DNA of 64,000 nt from a virus. Taxonomy: Duplodnaviria > Caudoviricetes. Below the pieces are notes generated by a model. The model did not search any database. It had not been told where the DNA came from and was given only the letters and a program-made list of their open reading frames with translations. Every line of letters starts with the position of its first letter. The first letter of the stretch is position 1. Below, piece after piece: positions 1-9,279 of this stretch. The stretch is from positions 32,001-96,000 of the IMG/VR virus record IMGVR_UViG_2974707348_000001; one strand, 5' to 3'. Both the position numbers and the translations under genes were made by a program.

Positions 1-298
1 GGCAAACATTACTACCGAAACACGTAACGCATCATTTGAAGAAATCCTTGAAACAATCAGTGACCGACAACAAATAGTTATTGACTACTTGGAAGCATTT
101 GACGAACCTTTATCTGCGAGTGATATTGCGTATGGTCTATATATTAACGGACTTGTTCCAACACCTGAACGCAACTCAGTACACCCTCGATTAACAGAAT
201 TGACAAAAATGGGAATTGTACGTGTAGTCGGTAAAGAAAAAGACCAAGTTACAAATCGAAAAGTTGCGGTCTATGAATTGGTAAAGGAAGCTCGATAA
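1..298 (+). CDS. Winged-helix DNA-binding-like protein (5' end at or just before the window edge)
   Basis: Frame open from base 2; 'SASDIA...SVHPRLTELTKMGIV' wHTH-like pattern. Confidence 0.55.
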   Translation, partial: ANITTETRNASFEEILETISDRQQIVIDYLEAFDEPLSASDIAYGLYINGLVPTPERNSVHPRLTELTKMGIVRVVGKEKDQVTNRKVAVYELVKEAR

Positions 299-531
299 TG
301 AAAAAACTTAATGCAAATCAAACAATTCCAACAAACATTGTAAAATACTTAAACGGAGTCAATCATAATGAGTATGAGAGTGTAGTTGATGCATTCATTG
401 AATCATACGATGACTGGACATTACCTGATGAACTTAATGACTTCTGCAAAGACATTAAGAACTTTCACTTATGTGTAATATACTTGCTAGATAGCGAAAG
501 GTCATTACATATGTTTGAGAATGGAGAATAA
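298..531 (+). CDS. Hypothetical protein
   Basis: ORF coupled to upstream stop, AAGGA RBS. Confidence 0.65.
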   Translation: MKKLNANQTIPTNIVKYLNGVNHNEYESVVDAFIESYDDWTLPDELNDFCKDIKNFHLCVIYLLDSERSLHMFENGE

Positions 532-532
532 T

Positions 533-715
533 ATGTATCCTAAATTTATTGTAGTGGAAGTATATCAACATGAAATCAAAAAGTCTTACTGGAAGCTAAA
601 AATTCTTGAAGGCAAAAGTAAAGTGTGGGAAGATTTCACACACTTTAGATATAATAACTGGATGGATGCCAATTATTATTTACAAACATCAAAAGAAATT
701 AGAGGTTTAAAATGA
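533..715 (+). CDS. Hypothetical protein
   Basis: GGAG RBS before ATG 533. Confidence 0.6.
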   Translation: MYPKFIVVEVYQHEIKKSYWKLKILEGKSKVWEDFTHFRYNNWMDANYYLQTSKEIRGLK

Positions 716-855
716 AAACAAGTACAGAAGTTTTAACAACATTAGTATTCTTCATTATATTATTTGCGATGAAGATGATTGCAGGATTTGAATACGCAGT
801 ACTTTTTGGTTTAGCAGTTGCCATTGTTAAAGTAATTAAGCATGGTAATGGATAA
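712..855 (+). CDS. Small membrane protein (47 aa)
   Basis: GAGG RBS; hydrophobic MKTSTEVLTTLVFFIILFAM...; not in ORF track. Confidence 0.55.
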   Translation: MKTSTEVLTTLVFFIILFAMKMIAGFEYAVLFGLAVAIVKVIKHGNG

Positions 856-1060
856 GAATGAATAACAAACACATCTCTGATTTTTAACCCCTCAGAATGC
901 GTCAGATTCAATTCTAAGCATCTTTTCGACAAATTTGTCCAAATATACGCTGATGAGCGTGTGTATTACTATGCGGTCTTCTCAGAGGGTATTAAAAAAG
1001 AGAGACGAGTAAGAAAGATATAAAATAAGAATTTTATATACGGTTTATGGAGCTTATCGC

Positions 1061-1089
1061 TTGACAATTAGAAAGAAATAGATTATAAT
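1061..1089 (+). promoter_or_regulatory. sigmaA promoter
   Basis: TTGACA-17-TATAAT. Confidence 0.8.
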
Positions 1090-1113
1090 AGGGTATAAAA
1101 TAAGGAGTGGAAA

Positions 1114-1272
1114 ATGAGATATGCTTACAGAGTAACAGACGGAGCGCTTGTTATAGCTTGGGAAGTAACCAATAGCATGGACGAGCTAATAAAAGTAAAA
1201 AACCATGCTGAAAATGTAAGAGGTTATAAGTTTGAAGCATGGGAACTAGAATTTAAGGAAATTGAAGTATGA
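1114..1272 (+). CDS. Hypothetical protein (52 aa)
   Basis: AAGGAG RBS after promoter. Confidence 0.6.
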   Translation: MRYAYRVTDGALVIAWEVTNSMDELIKVKNHAENVRGYKFEAWELEFKEIEV

Positions 1273-1442
1273 AAAAAGTAAAATTTGAATTTAGTGACGG
1301 TTACCAAATACCCGTAACAGAAGTTTTTGAATTTGAAGACGAAGCGACAGAAGAGGAAATTGAAAAAGAGTTTCGTGAGTGGTTTTTTAACGAACTTGAT
1401 ATAGCTGGCATAGGAGGAAATTTTGAGGAGATAGAGTTGTGA
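1269..1442 (+). CDS. Small acidic protein (57 aa), paralog of 36888-37055
   Basis: MKKVKFEF...EVFEFEDEATEEEIEKEFREWF shares a pattern with 36888-37055. Confidence 0.6.
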   Translation: MKKVKFEFSDGYQIPVTEVFEFEDEATEEEIEKEFREWFFNELDIAGIGGNFEEIEL

Positions 1443-1456
1443 AAGAGGGAATAACA

Positions 1457-1846
1457 ATGTATAACTCAACCTTTAGAGAAAGACCACTAAGAACAAACGC
1501 ACCAGTACAGCCGAATAAAGGAGTTATGATGGACAATAAAAGAATTTCTGAAATCGTTGACGAAGAAATGATAAAGCAAGATGCAAACAGATATCGTAAT
1601 ATGAGGAAAATTCTCACGATTCCGAAAAGCATTGCGGATGAGTTGGATGAAATTTTTATTACATTCATCAGAGAACAACATAGTTCTAGTGTTTGGCATT
1701 TTCTGTGGCGAGCAGAGGAAATAGACTGGGAAATCGGTGAACAGTTATCGGCATTACTACCAGATGAAAACCAAGTTAATATCGCTGTCGCCTACCTCGC
1801 AGGAAAAGCTCTTGGAGTTGATTTAGTAGAGGTGGTGGAAGAATGA
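1457..1846 (+). CDS. Lactococcal prophage-type hypothetical protein (DUF1642-like)
   Basis: C-terminal AYLAGKALGVDLV recalled from lactococcal temperate phage proteins. Confidence 0.55.
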   Translation: MYNSTFRERPLRTNAPVQPNKGVMMDNKRISEIVDEEMIKQDANRYRNMRKILTIPKSIADELDEIFITFIREQHSSSVWHFLWRAEEIDWEIGEQLSALLPDENQVNIAVAYLAGKALGVDLVEVVEE

Positions 1847-2682
1847 TTGAATTAAATAAGATTTATAATGAGGACTGTTTAGAAGGAATGAAGCGGATAC
1901 CTGACGGTAGTATTGATATGATTTTATGTGATTTGCCATACGGAACGACCGCTTGCACATGGGACGAAATTATTCCTTTCAAACCCTTATGGGAGCAGTA
2001 TGAAAGAGTTATTAAAGATAACGGTGCGATAGTTCTCACAGCTAGTCAACCATTTACGAGCAAGCTAGTTAGTAGTAATATCAAATGGTTTAAGCATGAA
2101 TGGATATGGGAAAAACAACGTGCATCAAATTTTATGAGAGCTAATCATGAACCTTTAAAATATCATGAAAATATACTAGTATTTTCAAAGGGGTCACTGA
2201 ACATCAACCCACAAAGGTACAAAGTATTGGAAATAGACGAAATTATGAACATGACTAAAAAACAAATGGAAGGAATGATGAAATCAAAAGATTATGATAG
2301 GTTTGGAAAAGTCGATAGGAGAAAAACAGTCAAAGACCCAGACGAAAATAAAGAATATCTTGGTTCAGAAATTAAGAGAGTAAGAAACGCAGATGACGGT
2401 TTTAGAAACCCAAAAAGTGTACTTAAAATAAATAATAAACTGCATGGTAATATACATCCAACACAAAAACCTGTTCACTTATTTGAATACCTAATTAGGA
2501 CTTATACAAATAAAGGCGACACCGTCCTAGATAATTGCATAGGTTCAGGTACAACGGCAATTGCGTGCTTAAATACTGAACGAAATTTTATTGGATTTGA
2601 ATTAGACAAAGAATACTTTGAAGGTGCACAAGATAGAGTTGAAGAAAGAAAAAGTCAAATGAGTTTATTTGACGAGGTCTAA
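1843..2682 (+). CDS. Orphan N6-A/N4-C DNA methyltransferase (beta class)
   Basis: DLPY catalytic motif N-terminal, HPTQKP, and CIGSGTT SAM-binding motif C-terminal. Confidence 0.92.
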   Translation: MIELNKIYNEDCLEGMKRIPDGSIDMILCDLPYGTTACTWDEIIPFKPLWEQYERVIKDNGAIVLTASQPFTSKLVSSNIKWFKHEWIWEKQRASNFMRANHEPLKYHENILVFSKGSLNINPQRYKVLEIDEIMNMTKKQMEGMMKSKDYDRFGKVDRRKTVKDPDENKEYLGSEIKRVRNADDGFRNPKSVLKINNKLHGNIHPTQKPVHLFEYLIRTYTNKGDTVLDNCIGSGTTAIACLNTERNFIGFELDKEYFEGAQDRVEERKSQMSLFDEV

Positions 2683-2734
2683 GAATGACCGAAAAACTAA
2701 TATCAATGGTCAATGACTGGTGGGGAGGGATTAA

Positions 2735-3028
2735 ATGAACGAAAGAAAATCATTATATGTCAAACCAATAAATGAAATACACGATAGTGGGTTCAAAATG
2801 TTAGAAGTTGGCTATGTAAACAATGGAGAATACAACGCCATAGGACGATGTTCTGATGTTATAAACTTTGGTTTTTATGGGATGGATGTTGTGCCAAAAG
2901 ATTTAAATGTTGATGTGAGTCCAAACGGGGTGGTAAATATTTGGTCATTTAATGATGAACTTGAATGGAAAAGACCGATTTTATCTAATGCTCAAGTGAT
3001 TGTTAAAAACAAGGAGGATAACCAATGA
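2735..3028 (+). CDS. Hypothetical protein
   Basis: GGAGG RBS, ORF. Confidence 0.7.
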   Translation: MNERKSLYVKPINEIHDSGFKMLEVGYVNNGEYNAIGRCSDVINFGFYGMDVVPKDLNVDVSPNGVVNIWSFNDELEWKRPILSNAQVIVKNKEDNQ

Positions 3029-3217
3029 AACTTTTATGTAAGCTGTTCGGGCATAAGTGGGATGATTTCCCAGTTGATGTTTATGGGACTGTCATCTGTG
3101 AAAGATGCGGAATTGAGTCGAAAGATTGTTTGGAGTAAAAAATTCCATTCACAAGATTTCAACTGCTCAGACCTTGACGAGTCTGATAACGTGTTCGGGG
3201 AGAAAAAAAATAAATGA
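3025..3217 (+). pseudogene. DUF1660-like gene with +1 frameshift/stop
   Basis: MKLLCKLFGHKW...CERCG, TAA at 3136, family-like tail DFNCSDLDESDNVF continues in +1 frame. Confidence 0.55.
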
Positions 3218-3366
3218 ATGAACCATTAAAATATCGCATTTTAAGAAAATTAAAGCAGTTATTCTGTTTTAATCATGATTGGTATGTTTGGGTAAATAAA
3301 AAAGATAGAACTTGTCTAAAATGTGATAAAACAGAAAAAGATTTCAACCGCTCAGACTCTCATTAG
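3214..3366 (+). CDS. Second DUF1660-like Zn-finger protein, truncated by TAG
   Basis: LFCFNHDW...CLKC...DFNRSD then TAG inside the homologous tail. Confidence 0.5.
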   Translation: MNEPLKYRILRKLKQLFCFNHDWYVWVNKKDRTCLKCDKTEKDFNRSDSH

Positions 3367-3394
3367 TCTGACAGTGTGTTTAAGGAGGAATATG

Positions 3395-3670
3395 ATGACA
3401 CAATTTGAAAAAGATTTGGACAAATTATTATATTTAGCAAGTGTTAATAGCAAAGATTATGTGGTAGTATATTCAGAATTTGTAAGAAAATATGAATTAA
3501 TCCTTAATCAAACAATAAATATGAAAGAATTTATAAATGATGTAATTCATGAGTGTGATTATGGTTGTGATAATAATTGTGAACTTGATGGCACTTTAAG
3601 TAGGTATGCAGTTGAAGACTTAAAAGGAACATTAGACAGCATTGAAGGAGAGTATAATGAAAGCTTATAA
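3395..3670 (+). CDS. Hypothetical protein
   Basis: AAGGAGG RBS. Confidence 0.65.
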   Translation: MTQFEKDLDKLLYLASVNSKDYVVVYSEFVRKYELILNQTINMKEFINDVIHECDYGCDNNCELDGTLSRYAVEDLKGTLDSIEGEYNESL

Positions 3671-3962
3671 ATTAAGTATTAAAGATGACCCAGACCAAGG
3701 AGAAATAATTGTTTTTGCGAAGACAGCTCGTGAAGCAAAGAATAATTGGCATTGGTACTTGGACGCTGATAACTTCCTCGATAAACTGGTTCATCGTGCA
3801 CCAGAATTTGACGGTATGGAAAATGCTAGTGATATGGAACTTATGACTAAGCAGTGGCAAGAAGGTTGGAGATGGTATGATTGTTATGATATGCCTGATG
3901 TAGAAGAAGATACAGTTGAAGATTTTCAAGCATGGTTCAGAAAGGAATATGGAAATGAATAA
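3657..3962 (+). CDS. Hypothetical protein
   Basis: AAGGAG RBS, overlapping ORF chain. Confidence 0.7.
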   Translation: MKAYKLSIKDDPDQGEIIVFAKTAREAKNNWHWYLDADNFLDKLVHRAPEFDGMENASDMELMTKQWQEGWRWYDCYDMPDVEEDTVEDFQAWFRKEYGNE

Positions 3963-4290
3963 ATTAATTAAAAAATATATTTTAACAATTATTGCGCTTG
4001 TTCTTGATATTTTTGCAATGGTAATCACAATTTTAACGCTTAATTTAAGTTGGAATCATTTTATCGTGCCAGCTTTTAATGTTCCAAAGCTAGGGTTTTT
4101 ATTAACTTTTGCAATTGTGGTAATGTGGGAGTTATTTGACTTTAGAGTAACGAATACAGGAATTACAACTATTTTATCTAAAACTACAGATACACCCAAC
4201 GAACAGATTGCAGTTGATTATGCTGTAACCAATGTAATGGTTTCATTGACAATCGCATTGGTTCTCTTAGTATTAAGCTTATTTATTTAA
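3955..4290 (+). CDS. Membrane protein (about 3 TM segments)
   Basis: Three hydrophobic stretches. Confidence 0.65.
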   Translation: MNKLIKKYILTIIALVLDIFAMVITILTLNLSWNHFIVPAFNVPKLGFLLTFAIVVMWELFDFRVTNTGITTILSKTTDTPNEQIAVDYAVTNVMVSLTIALVLLVLSLFI

Positions 4291-4342
4291 ACTATCATTA
4301 GATAGTTTTTTGTTTGACTTTTGAATTATATTATGGTATAAT
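4289..4342 (+). promoter_or_regulatory. Terminator plus sigmaA promoter
   Basis: AAACTATC-ATTA-GATAGTTTTTT hairpin, then TTGACT(4314)-17-TATAAT with TG extension. Confidence 0.75.
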
Positions 4343-4371
4343 ATATATTATAAAACATAAGGAGAATTTAA

Positions 4372-4515
4372 ATGGAAAGTAAACTTGATACAATCTATAA
4401 TTTCATTTTTAAAGAAAAAGCACCTAATGATTGGTCAGATAGTTTAAAGTTATTGATGATTACTTCTTACCTTGAATCAGAAATAAAAATTAAACAAGCG
4501 TTAGAAAAAACTAGG
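4372..4515 (+). CDS. Hypothetical protein (47 aa)
   Basis: AAGGAG RBS. Confidence 0.55.
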
Positions 4516-4523
4516 AGTGAATT

Positions 4524-4763
4524 ATGGAAAACGAACGTATTCAACAGTTAGCAGAATTTTATGAATGTCAAATGGATGTAACTCTATCTAAAAATGACAA
4601 GGAAGAGTTATTTCAAGTTTATTTAGAATATCAAAAAGAGAGTGCAAAAATAAAGAGTTCAAGAATGATACATTTAGCAAGAAGCTCTGGGAAAACTCAT
4701 CTTATAAGACATTTTGGTGTTCTTGAAATGTTTGAATATATGGAGGCAAAAAATGGAAAGTAA
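4524..4763 (+). CDS. Hypothetical protein
   Basis: AGGAG RBS. Confidence 0.65.
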   Translation: MENERIQQLAEFYECQMDVTLSKNDKEELFQVYLEYQKESAKIKSSRMIHLARSSGKTHLIRHFGVLEMFEYMEAKNGK

Positions 4764-4989
4764 AGAAATATTTACTAAAGCACAACTATCAATCTATCGA
4801 AACCTGCTGATTATCTGGATGAACAATTCAGACCTAAGATTTAATCAGTTTATATCTAATCTTCAAGTAGATTTTAATAATCGGCAGTTTAGAAAATATT
4901 CACGTAGTGATGGAACACCAGATTTGTTCTATTTAAGCGATGAAAAATTCGCAGAATTTTTAGAAGATTTAATAGAGGAGAATAGTTAA
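4753..4989 (+). CDS. Hypothetical protein
   Basis: GGAGG RBS. Confidence 0.65.
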   Translation: MESKEIFTKAQLSIYRNLLIIWMNNSDLRFNQFISNLQVDFNNRQFRKYSRSDGTPDLFYLSDEKFAEFLEDLIEENS

Positions 4990-5282
4990 TGGAATATGGA
5001 AAATCATTTGTACACAATGGATTAAAATACCAGCGCTCAGAGGACACGGTTCTCTTTACACTTCGAAATAAAAACAACCAATACATTGGAATTGATTTAG
5101 GTCGTAATGGTAATGAATTTGTTATCGAAAAGACCGTCTTAACAACGAGTGACGAAGCGTTTATTTTTATGATGGATAAAGAGATTTTTAAAGAAAAAGG
5201 AATCTCTAACACAATTGCTATGTTACGTAAAGAGGCTAGTAACAAAATGAACTATGCAGGATTTAAGCCAGTCATGGTGTAG
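4989..5282 (+). CDS. Hypothetical protein
   Basis: GAGGAG RBS, coupled stop/start. Confidence 0.65.
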   Translation: MEYGKSFVHNGLKYQRSEDTVLFTLRNKNNQYIGIDLGRNGNEFVIEKTVLTTSDEAFIFMMDKEIFKEKGISNTIAMLRKEASNKMNYAGFKPVMV

Positions 5283-5292
5283 GGAGACTAAT

Positions 5293-5589
5293 ATGGTACG
5301 ATATTTAGTACAATGGAAGAATGGGGAAAGTTTTACCAATCATGGATTCTTTCGAACAAGTGAACAGGCATTTGAGTCAATCCAAGACTGGTGGGAACTC
5401 AATAGTTTTAAACCTAACTATGTTCGTGTTCTTGGTGAAGACGACACAATCAAAGCAATTGACTATGGAAGTTATACATCATTTTATTATATTATTCCAG
5501 TAACAGAGGATACCTTTAGTGATTTATTAACTAATGGTGTGGAAGCATATGGGATGAATGTAAACTGGAATAAATATAAAAGTAATTAA
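5293..5589 (+). CDS. Hypothetical protein
   Basis: GGGAG RBS. Confidence 0.65.
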   Translation: MVRYLVQWKNGESFTNHGFFRTSEQAFESIQDWWELNSFKPNYVRVLGEDDTIKAIDYGSYTSFYYIIPVTEDTFSDLLTNGVEAYGMNVNWNKYKSN

Positions 5590-5596
5590 ATTGTAA

Positions 5597-5625
5597 TTGA
5601 CTTTATTCTTTGAATATGGTATAAT
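5597..5625 (+). promoter_or_regulatory. sigmaA promoter
   Basis: TTGACT-17-TATAAT with TG extension. Confidence 0.8.
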
Positions 5626-5653
5626 TATTATATAAAGTTAAGGAGAAACGTAA

Positions 5654-6106
5654 ATGAACATAAAACAAATTTTAGATATGGAAGTTGTTAAAGAAGTACG
5701 TGTTGATTGGAATGACAATCACGATGGAGTATCTCATTTTGATATCAATACCCTTGATACAGCATTTTTTATGGAGGATGAATGGGATAAAGTAGCAGAA
5801 CACATTATGTATAAATTTGTTATTTATCACAATGTTGATGGTCGAAGAATTTGGGCTTTAGGATATGCAACTTTTGATAACGTTCCATTTATGATTATTC
5901 AAAATGCAGGTCGTGAAGGTGATGATTATGTTCAAGAATATATCTTTAATGAAGAGGTTTATGAACAAGCTGTTGAGTTGCTACTTGATATTCAAAGAGA
6001 TATTCCAAGAGGAGTCAGAAAACCATATATTTATAATATTGAAGAACATAATGAGAATTTAAACTCGTTTTATGGTTTGATTCTTAACAAGAATGAAGAG
6101 GACTAG
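5654..6106 (+). CDS. Hypothetical protein
   Basis: AAGGAG RBS, 150 aa. Confidence 0.75.
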   Translation: MNIKQILDMEVVKEVRVDWNDNHDGVSHFDINTLDTAFFMEDEWDKVAEHIMYKFVIYHNVDGRRIWALGYATFDNVPFMIIQNAGREGDDYVQEYIFNEEVYEQAVELLLDIQRDIPRGVRKPYIYNIEEHNENLNSFYGLILNKNEED

Positions 6107-6109
6107 AAC

Positions 6110-6331
6110 ATGGAAATTAAACAAAAAGCTGGTAGGTTTGCTGGTATGTCAGGGTGGTTAATTAAAGGTGCAAACATCTCTATTGCGGAAGATGAAATTA
6201 CTGATACACGGAGTGTGGTTTGTTATCCAGACCATCCAGTCGAATCAATCCAAGAAGCAGAGAGTTTGACGGTTTATCTCACAGAAGATGAGTTTGAACT
6301 CTTGAAAAAGATTTTCAGAATTGAGGAATAG
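6110..6331 (+). CDS. Hypothetical protein
   Basis: GAGGA RBS. Confidence 0.65.
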   Translation: MEIKQKAGRFAGMSGWLIKGANISIAEDEITDTRSVVCYPDHPVESIQEAESLTVYLTEDEFELLKKIFRIEE

Positions 6332-6438
6332 AGTTTAACTGACAAGGAAAAGTCAATAACACCCAATCACTATATACATGAGTGCGTGGTCAGCAGAATA
6401 GCTGATGCAGAGTAAGACAACTTATGTATGTAGATTTA

Positions 6439-6575
6439 TATGTCGTTAGTCGTGGTTGACTGATTGAGTAGCTTGATAGATGATTTTCAATGTATGATGA
6501 GACAATATTGTAAAGGATTCTAAATTGTTAATCGGAGAGTGAAAAATTTTGCAGGTTCGATTCCTGTCGACATAG
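6439..6575 (+). ncRNA. tRNA-like RNA with ~90-nt insert replacing the anticodon/variable arms
   Basis: Perfect acceptor TATGTCG/CGACATA, D arm AGTC-GTGGTT-GACT, T arm GCAGG-TTCGATT-CCTGT. Confidence 0.6.
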
Positions 6576-6591
6576 TTAAGGAGGTTCTCAT

Positions 6592-6855
6592 ATGAAAGAA
6601 CATATTGTAGTAATTGATGAAGTTCATGAAGATAACATGGAGAAACTAGAAAACATAAATAATGCAAAAGAATCTGTGCAAGCTCTCTCTGACTCTTTTG
6701 TTGAAGCTGGAGAGAAAATGAGAGAATTAGCAGATTCTTTACATGGTGAATCTATTGATGTTTATGACCCATTAACAGATAAACGTAAGAAAGAACAATC
6801 TTTTAAAAACGGTGTAAGTAATCTTAAACATATCAAAAAACGTGGAGGAAAGTGA
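6592..6855 (+). CDS. Hypothetical protein
   Basis: AAGGAGG RBS. Confidence 0.7.
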   Translation: MKEHIVVIDEVHEDNMEKLENINNAKESVQALSDSFVEAGEKMRELADSLHGESIDVYDPLTDKRKKEQSFKNGVSNLKHIKKRGGK

Positions 6856-6905
6856 CATGTTAGTTAAAGTAGGAAAACGTATAAAAAACAAAAGGAACAA
6901 AAATT

Positions 6906-7304
6906 ATGAGAATAACTAAATACATCAAAGATAATAATGTTAAAATAGTTGTGTTATTAACAATTATTACATTAATCATTAGCATTGCATACGCATTTAA
7001 TTATTCATCAAATAAAAAAATAAATGACAAAAAAGAATCAATAAAAACTGAAATTTATTTAAATAAACTTGAAGAATTAAAAGATGAAAATGATAGAATC
7101 TTAGAATTATATCGTGTTACAGATGGAATATCAGAATACGAATATGACACTTATGAAGAAAGAGAATTAAAAAATCTTAAAGACTGGCAAAAAGATAATA
7201 ATATGACAGATGAAGAATATAATGATATGAAAGATTTTGTAGAATTAAATACTGAAACATATAGTGATGTCTATTTTAATCAGCCAACGAGAAATAATTA
7301 CTAA
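6906..7304 (+). CDS. Membrane-anchored hypothetical protein
   Basis: Single N-terminal TM segment. Confidence 0.65.
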   Translation: MRITKYIKDNNVKIVVLLTIITLIISIAYAFNYSSNKKINDKKESIKTEIYLNKLEELKDENDRILELYRVTDGISEYEYDTYEERELKNLKDWQKDNNMTDEEYNDMKDFVELNTETYSDVYFNQPTRNNY

Positions 7305-7321
7305 AAATAATGACTTTATTC

Positions 7322-7350
7322 TTGACAAGTGTTTAAGGATATGATATAAT
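7322..7350 (+). promoter_or_regulatory. sigmaA promoter
   Basis: TTGACA-17-TATAAT with TG extension. Confidence 0.85.
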
Positions 7351-7404
7351 ATATACATAGAGTCAGGGTAATAACCCACACGAACTCGAAAAGGAGAAAA
7401 CATA

Positions 7405-8481
7405 ATGACAATTATCAACGTAAGCGACACTTTTCAAATCTTTCCAGATGACCTTAAAACATTTGACAAACTTCCTAAGGGAACATATACAGTTCGATTT
7501 AATAAAATGGAAGGCTTCTCTCTTATTAAGCGTGAGAATCTAACTGTTGACGAAAAAATGTATGGTAATCATAAAGAAAAAGCTGAAAAAGCTCTTAAAA
7601 CATTTGGTCTCTTTGACCGTTCTATGGGAATTATTTTATCGGGAGATAAGGGTATTGGTAAAACAATGTTTACACGCTACCTTGCAAATCAGTTTGTTGA
7701 AACTAAAGAACTTCCTGTTATTCTAATTGACCAAGCCTACTTTGGTATTGCAGACTTCCTTTCATCTATCAAACAAGAAGCAATGATTTTATTTGATGAG
7801 TTTGAGAAAGTATTTGATGAACGCAATGACAATTCTGAAAGTCAAGATTCATTACTTGGTTTGTTTGATGGTCTATCAAGTACAAAACACATGTATGTAA
7901 TCACTGTGAATGACCTACATAGATTGAGTAGTTTTATGCAAAATCGTACAGGACGTTTCCATTATCATTTCCGATTCAAATATCCTAAAGGTCAAGAAGT
8001 TCGTGATTACATCCATGACCACGTTCAAGACATTGATGAATCAGTTTTAGATAAAATTGTTGACTTTAGCACAAAAGTTAAAGTTACATTTGATACACTT
8101 CGTTCAATTGCTTTTGAAGTAGCAAATGGACATAACTTTTCTGAAACTATTGAAGACCTTAATATCAGTCAAGGAGACGCTTCTCAATACTCTATCTTGG
8201 TTAAACTTAAAGATGGAACAATTCATAAAGTTCAAGATAAGTACGAAGTTGATTTATTCGAAGATTTTGTAAAATTTGGTGGTCATATTGATGGAGAATG
8301 GGTTAAGTTTGTCTTTGAATCTAAGAACTTACACTCAATTGCGTCCGAGGATGGATACCTTGTAGACACAGGTATTGAAGCTAAAGTTTATGATGATGAA
8401 GATGGCGAATATGTTCCACTAGAAATCGCCGAGATTCTTCTTAAAATCAACAATGATGCAAACATTAAATATACAGTTTAA
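7405..8481 (+). CDS. AAA+ ATPase
   Basis: Walker A GDKGIGKT, Walker B ILFDEFEK, R-finger RTGRF. Confidence 0.88.
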   Translation: MTIINVSDTFQIFPDDLKTFDKLPKGTYTVRFNKMEGFSLIKRENLTVDEKMYGNHKEKAEKALKTFGLFDRSMGIILSGDKGIGKTMFTRYLANQFVETKELPVILIDQAYFGIADFLSSIKQEAMILFDEFEKVFDERNDNSESQDSLLGLFDGLSSTKHMYVITVNDLHRLSSFMQNRTGRFHYHFRFKYPKGQEVRDYIHDHVQDIDESVLDKIVDFSTKVKVTFDTLRSIAFEVANGHNFSETIEDLNISQGDASQYSILVKLKDGTIHKVQDKYEVDLFEDFVKFGGHIDGEWVKFVFESKNLHSIASEDGYLVDTGIEAKVYDDEDGEYVPLEIAEILLKINNDANIKYTV

Positions 8482-8508
8482 AATATTTAGACACGCAAGT
8501 GTCTATAA

Positions 8509-8581
8509 GGTTCTATAGCTTAGATGGTAAAGCCCTCTGCCCATAACAGAGTTAACGCAGGTTCAAGCCCTGCTAGAACCA
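8509..8581 (+). tRNA. tRNA-Met/Ile2 (CAT)
   Basis: Cloverleaf GGTTCTA/TAGAACC, anticodon arm CTCTG-CCCATAA-CAGAG, T loop TTCAAGC. Confidence 0.85.
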
Positions 8582-8629
8582 TTCCCAAAAGGGAAAATAG
8601 ACAGATAGATAGAAAGAGAGGTACTAACC

Positions 8630-8860
8630 ATGATTTTAAAATATGGAGTACATAACGGTAAAGGAGAAACAGTTGTTAATATCGTAGACAACATCACAAG
8701 TGTAGAGGAGGTTGAAGGGAGTAATGCCCCCATCTTCCACCATGAAAGAGGAGATAAACCTCGGACATATTTCGGCAATCTCAAAGAGAATGAATATATT
8801 ATCTTTATGTATTTGATGAACGATGATTTTAAAACAATTAAAATTTACAAGAGGGATTAA
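8630..8860 (+). CDS. Hypothetical protein
   Basis: GAGG RBS. Confidence 0.65.
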   Translation: MILKYGVHNGKGETVVNIVDNITSVEEVEGSNAPIFHHERGDKPRTYFGNLKENEYIIFMYLMNDDFKTIKIYKRD

Positions 8861-8862
8861 AC

Positions 8863-9231
8863 ATGAAACGTATAAAAACACAGACTATATCATTTGATAT
8901 GAATGAAGTGAAAGCATTGACAGGTTTTACTTTAAAAAACTCATGGGGGAACTATGTTCTTGAACATGAAAAATATGGAGTTATCCATGACGTCGTTGAA
9001 GGTGAAGATGGAGAATCTTGGACAAATGGTCTGTTTAATTGCCACATGACTGAGTTAGAAGGTGCCCTAAGACATTATGTTCATCAAAATTTTAGTCTTG
9101 ACTATTTCGATATCGTACAGAACGGTCGATTTGAATATGATACTGTTGGGCATACTGTTCAATTCCATTCTGAAAATGAAGTTACAGTATATTTTATTCT
9201 TGAGGATGAAAAATATTGGGAGGTATCTTAA
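8863..9231 (+). CDS. Hypothetical protein
   Basis: GAGGG RBS. Confidence 0.7.
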   Translation: MKRIKTQTISFDMNEVKALTGFTLKNSWGNYVLEHEKYGVIHDVVEGEDGESWTNGLFNCHMTELEGALRHYVHQNFSLDYFDIVQNGRFEYDTVGHTVQFHSENEVTVYFILEDEKYWEVS

Positions 9232-9279
9232 TTTACTTTTTATTTTATTGCTTTTAAATATAATATGTAAGGAGAAAAT

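Noticed and set aside
4524-6855. Walker A-like ARSSGKT and Walker B-like IVVIDEVH in separate tiny ORFs as a split ATPase
   Set aside because: Short motifs 2 kb apart with no supporting fold context.
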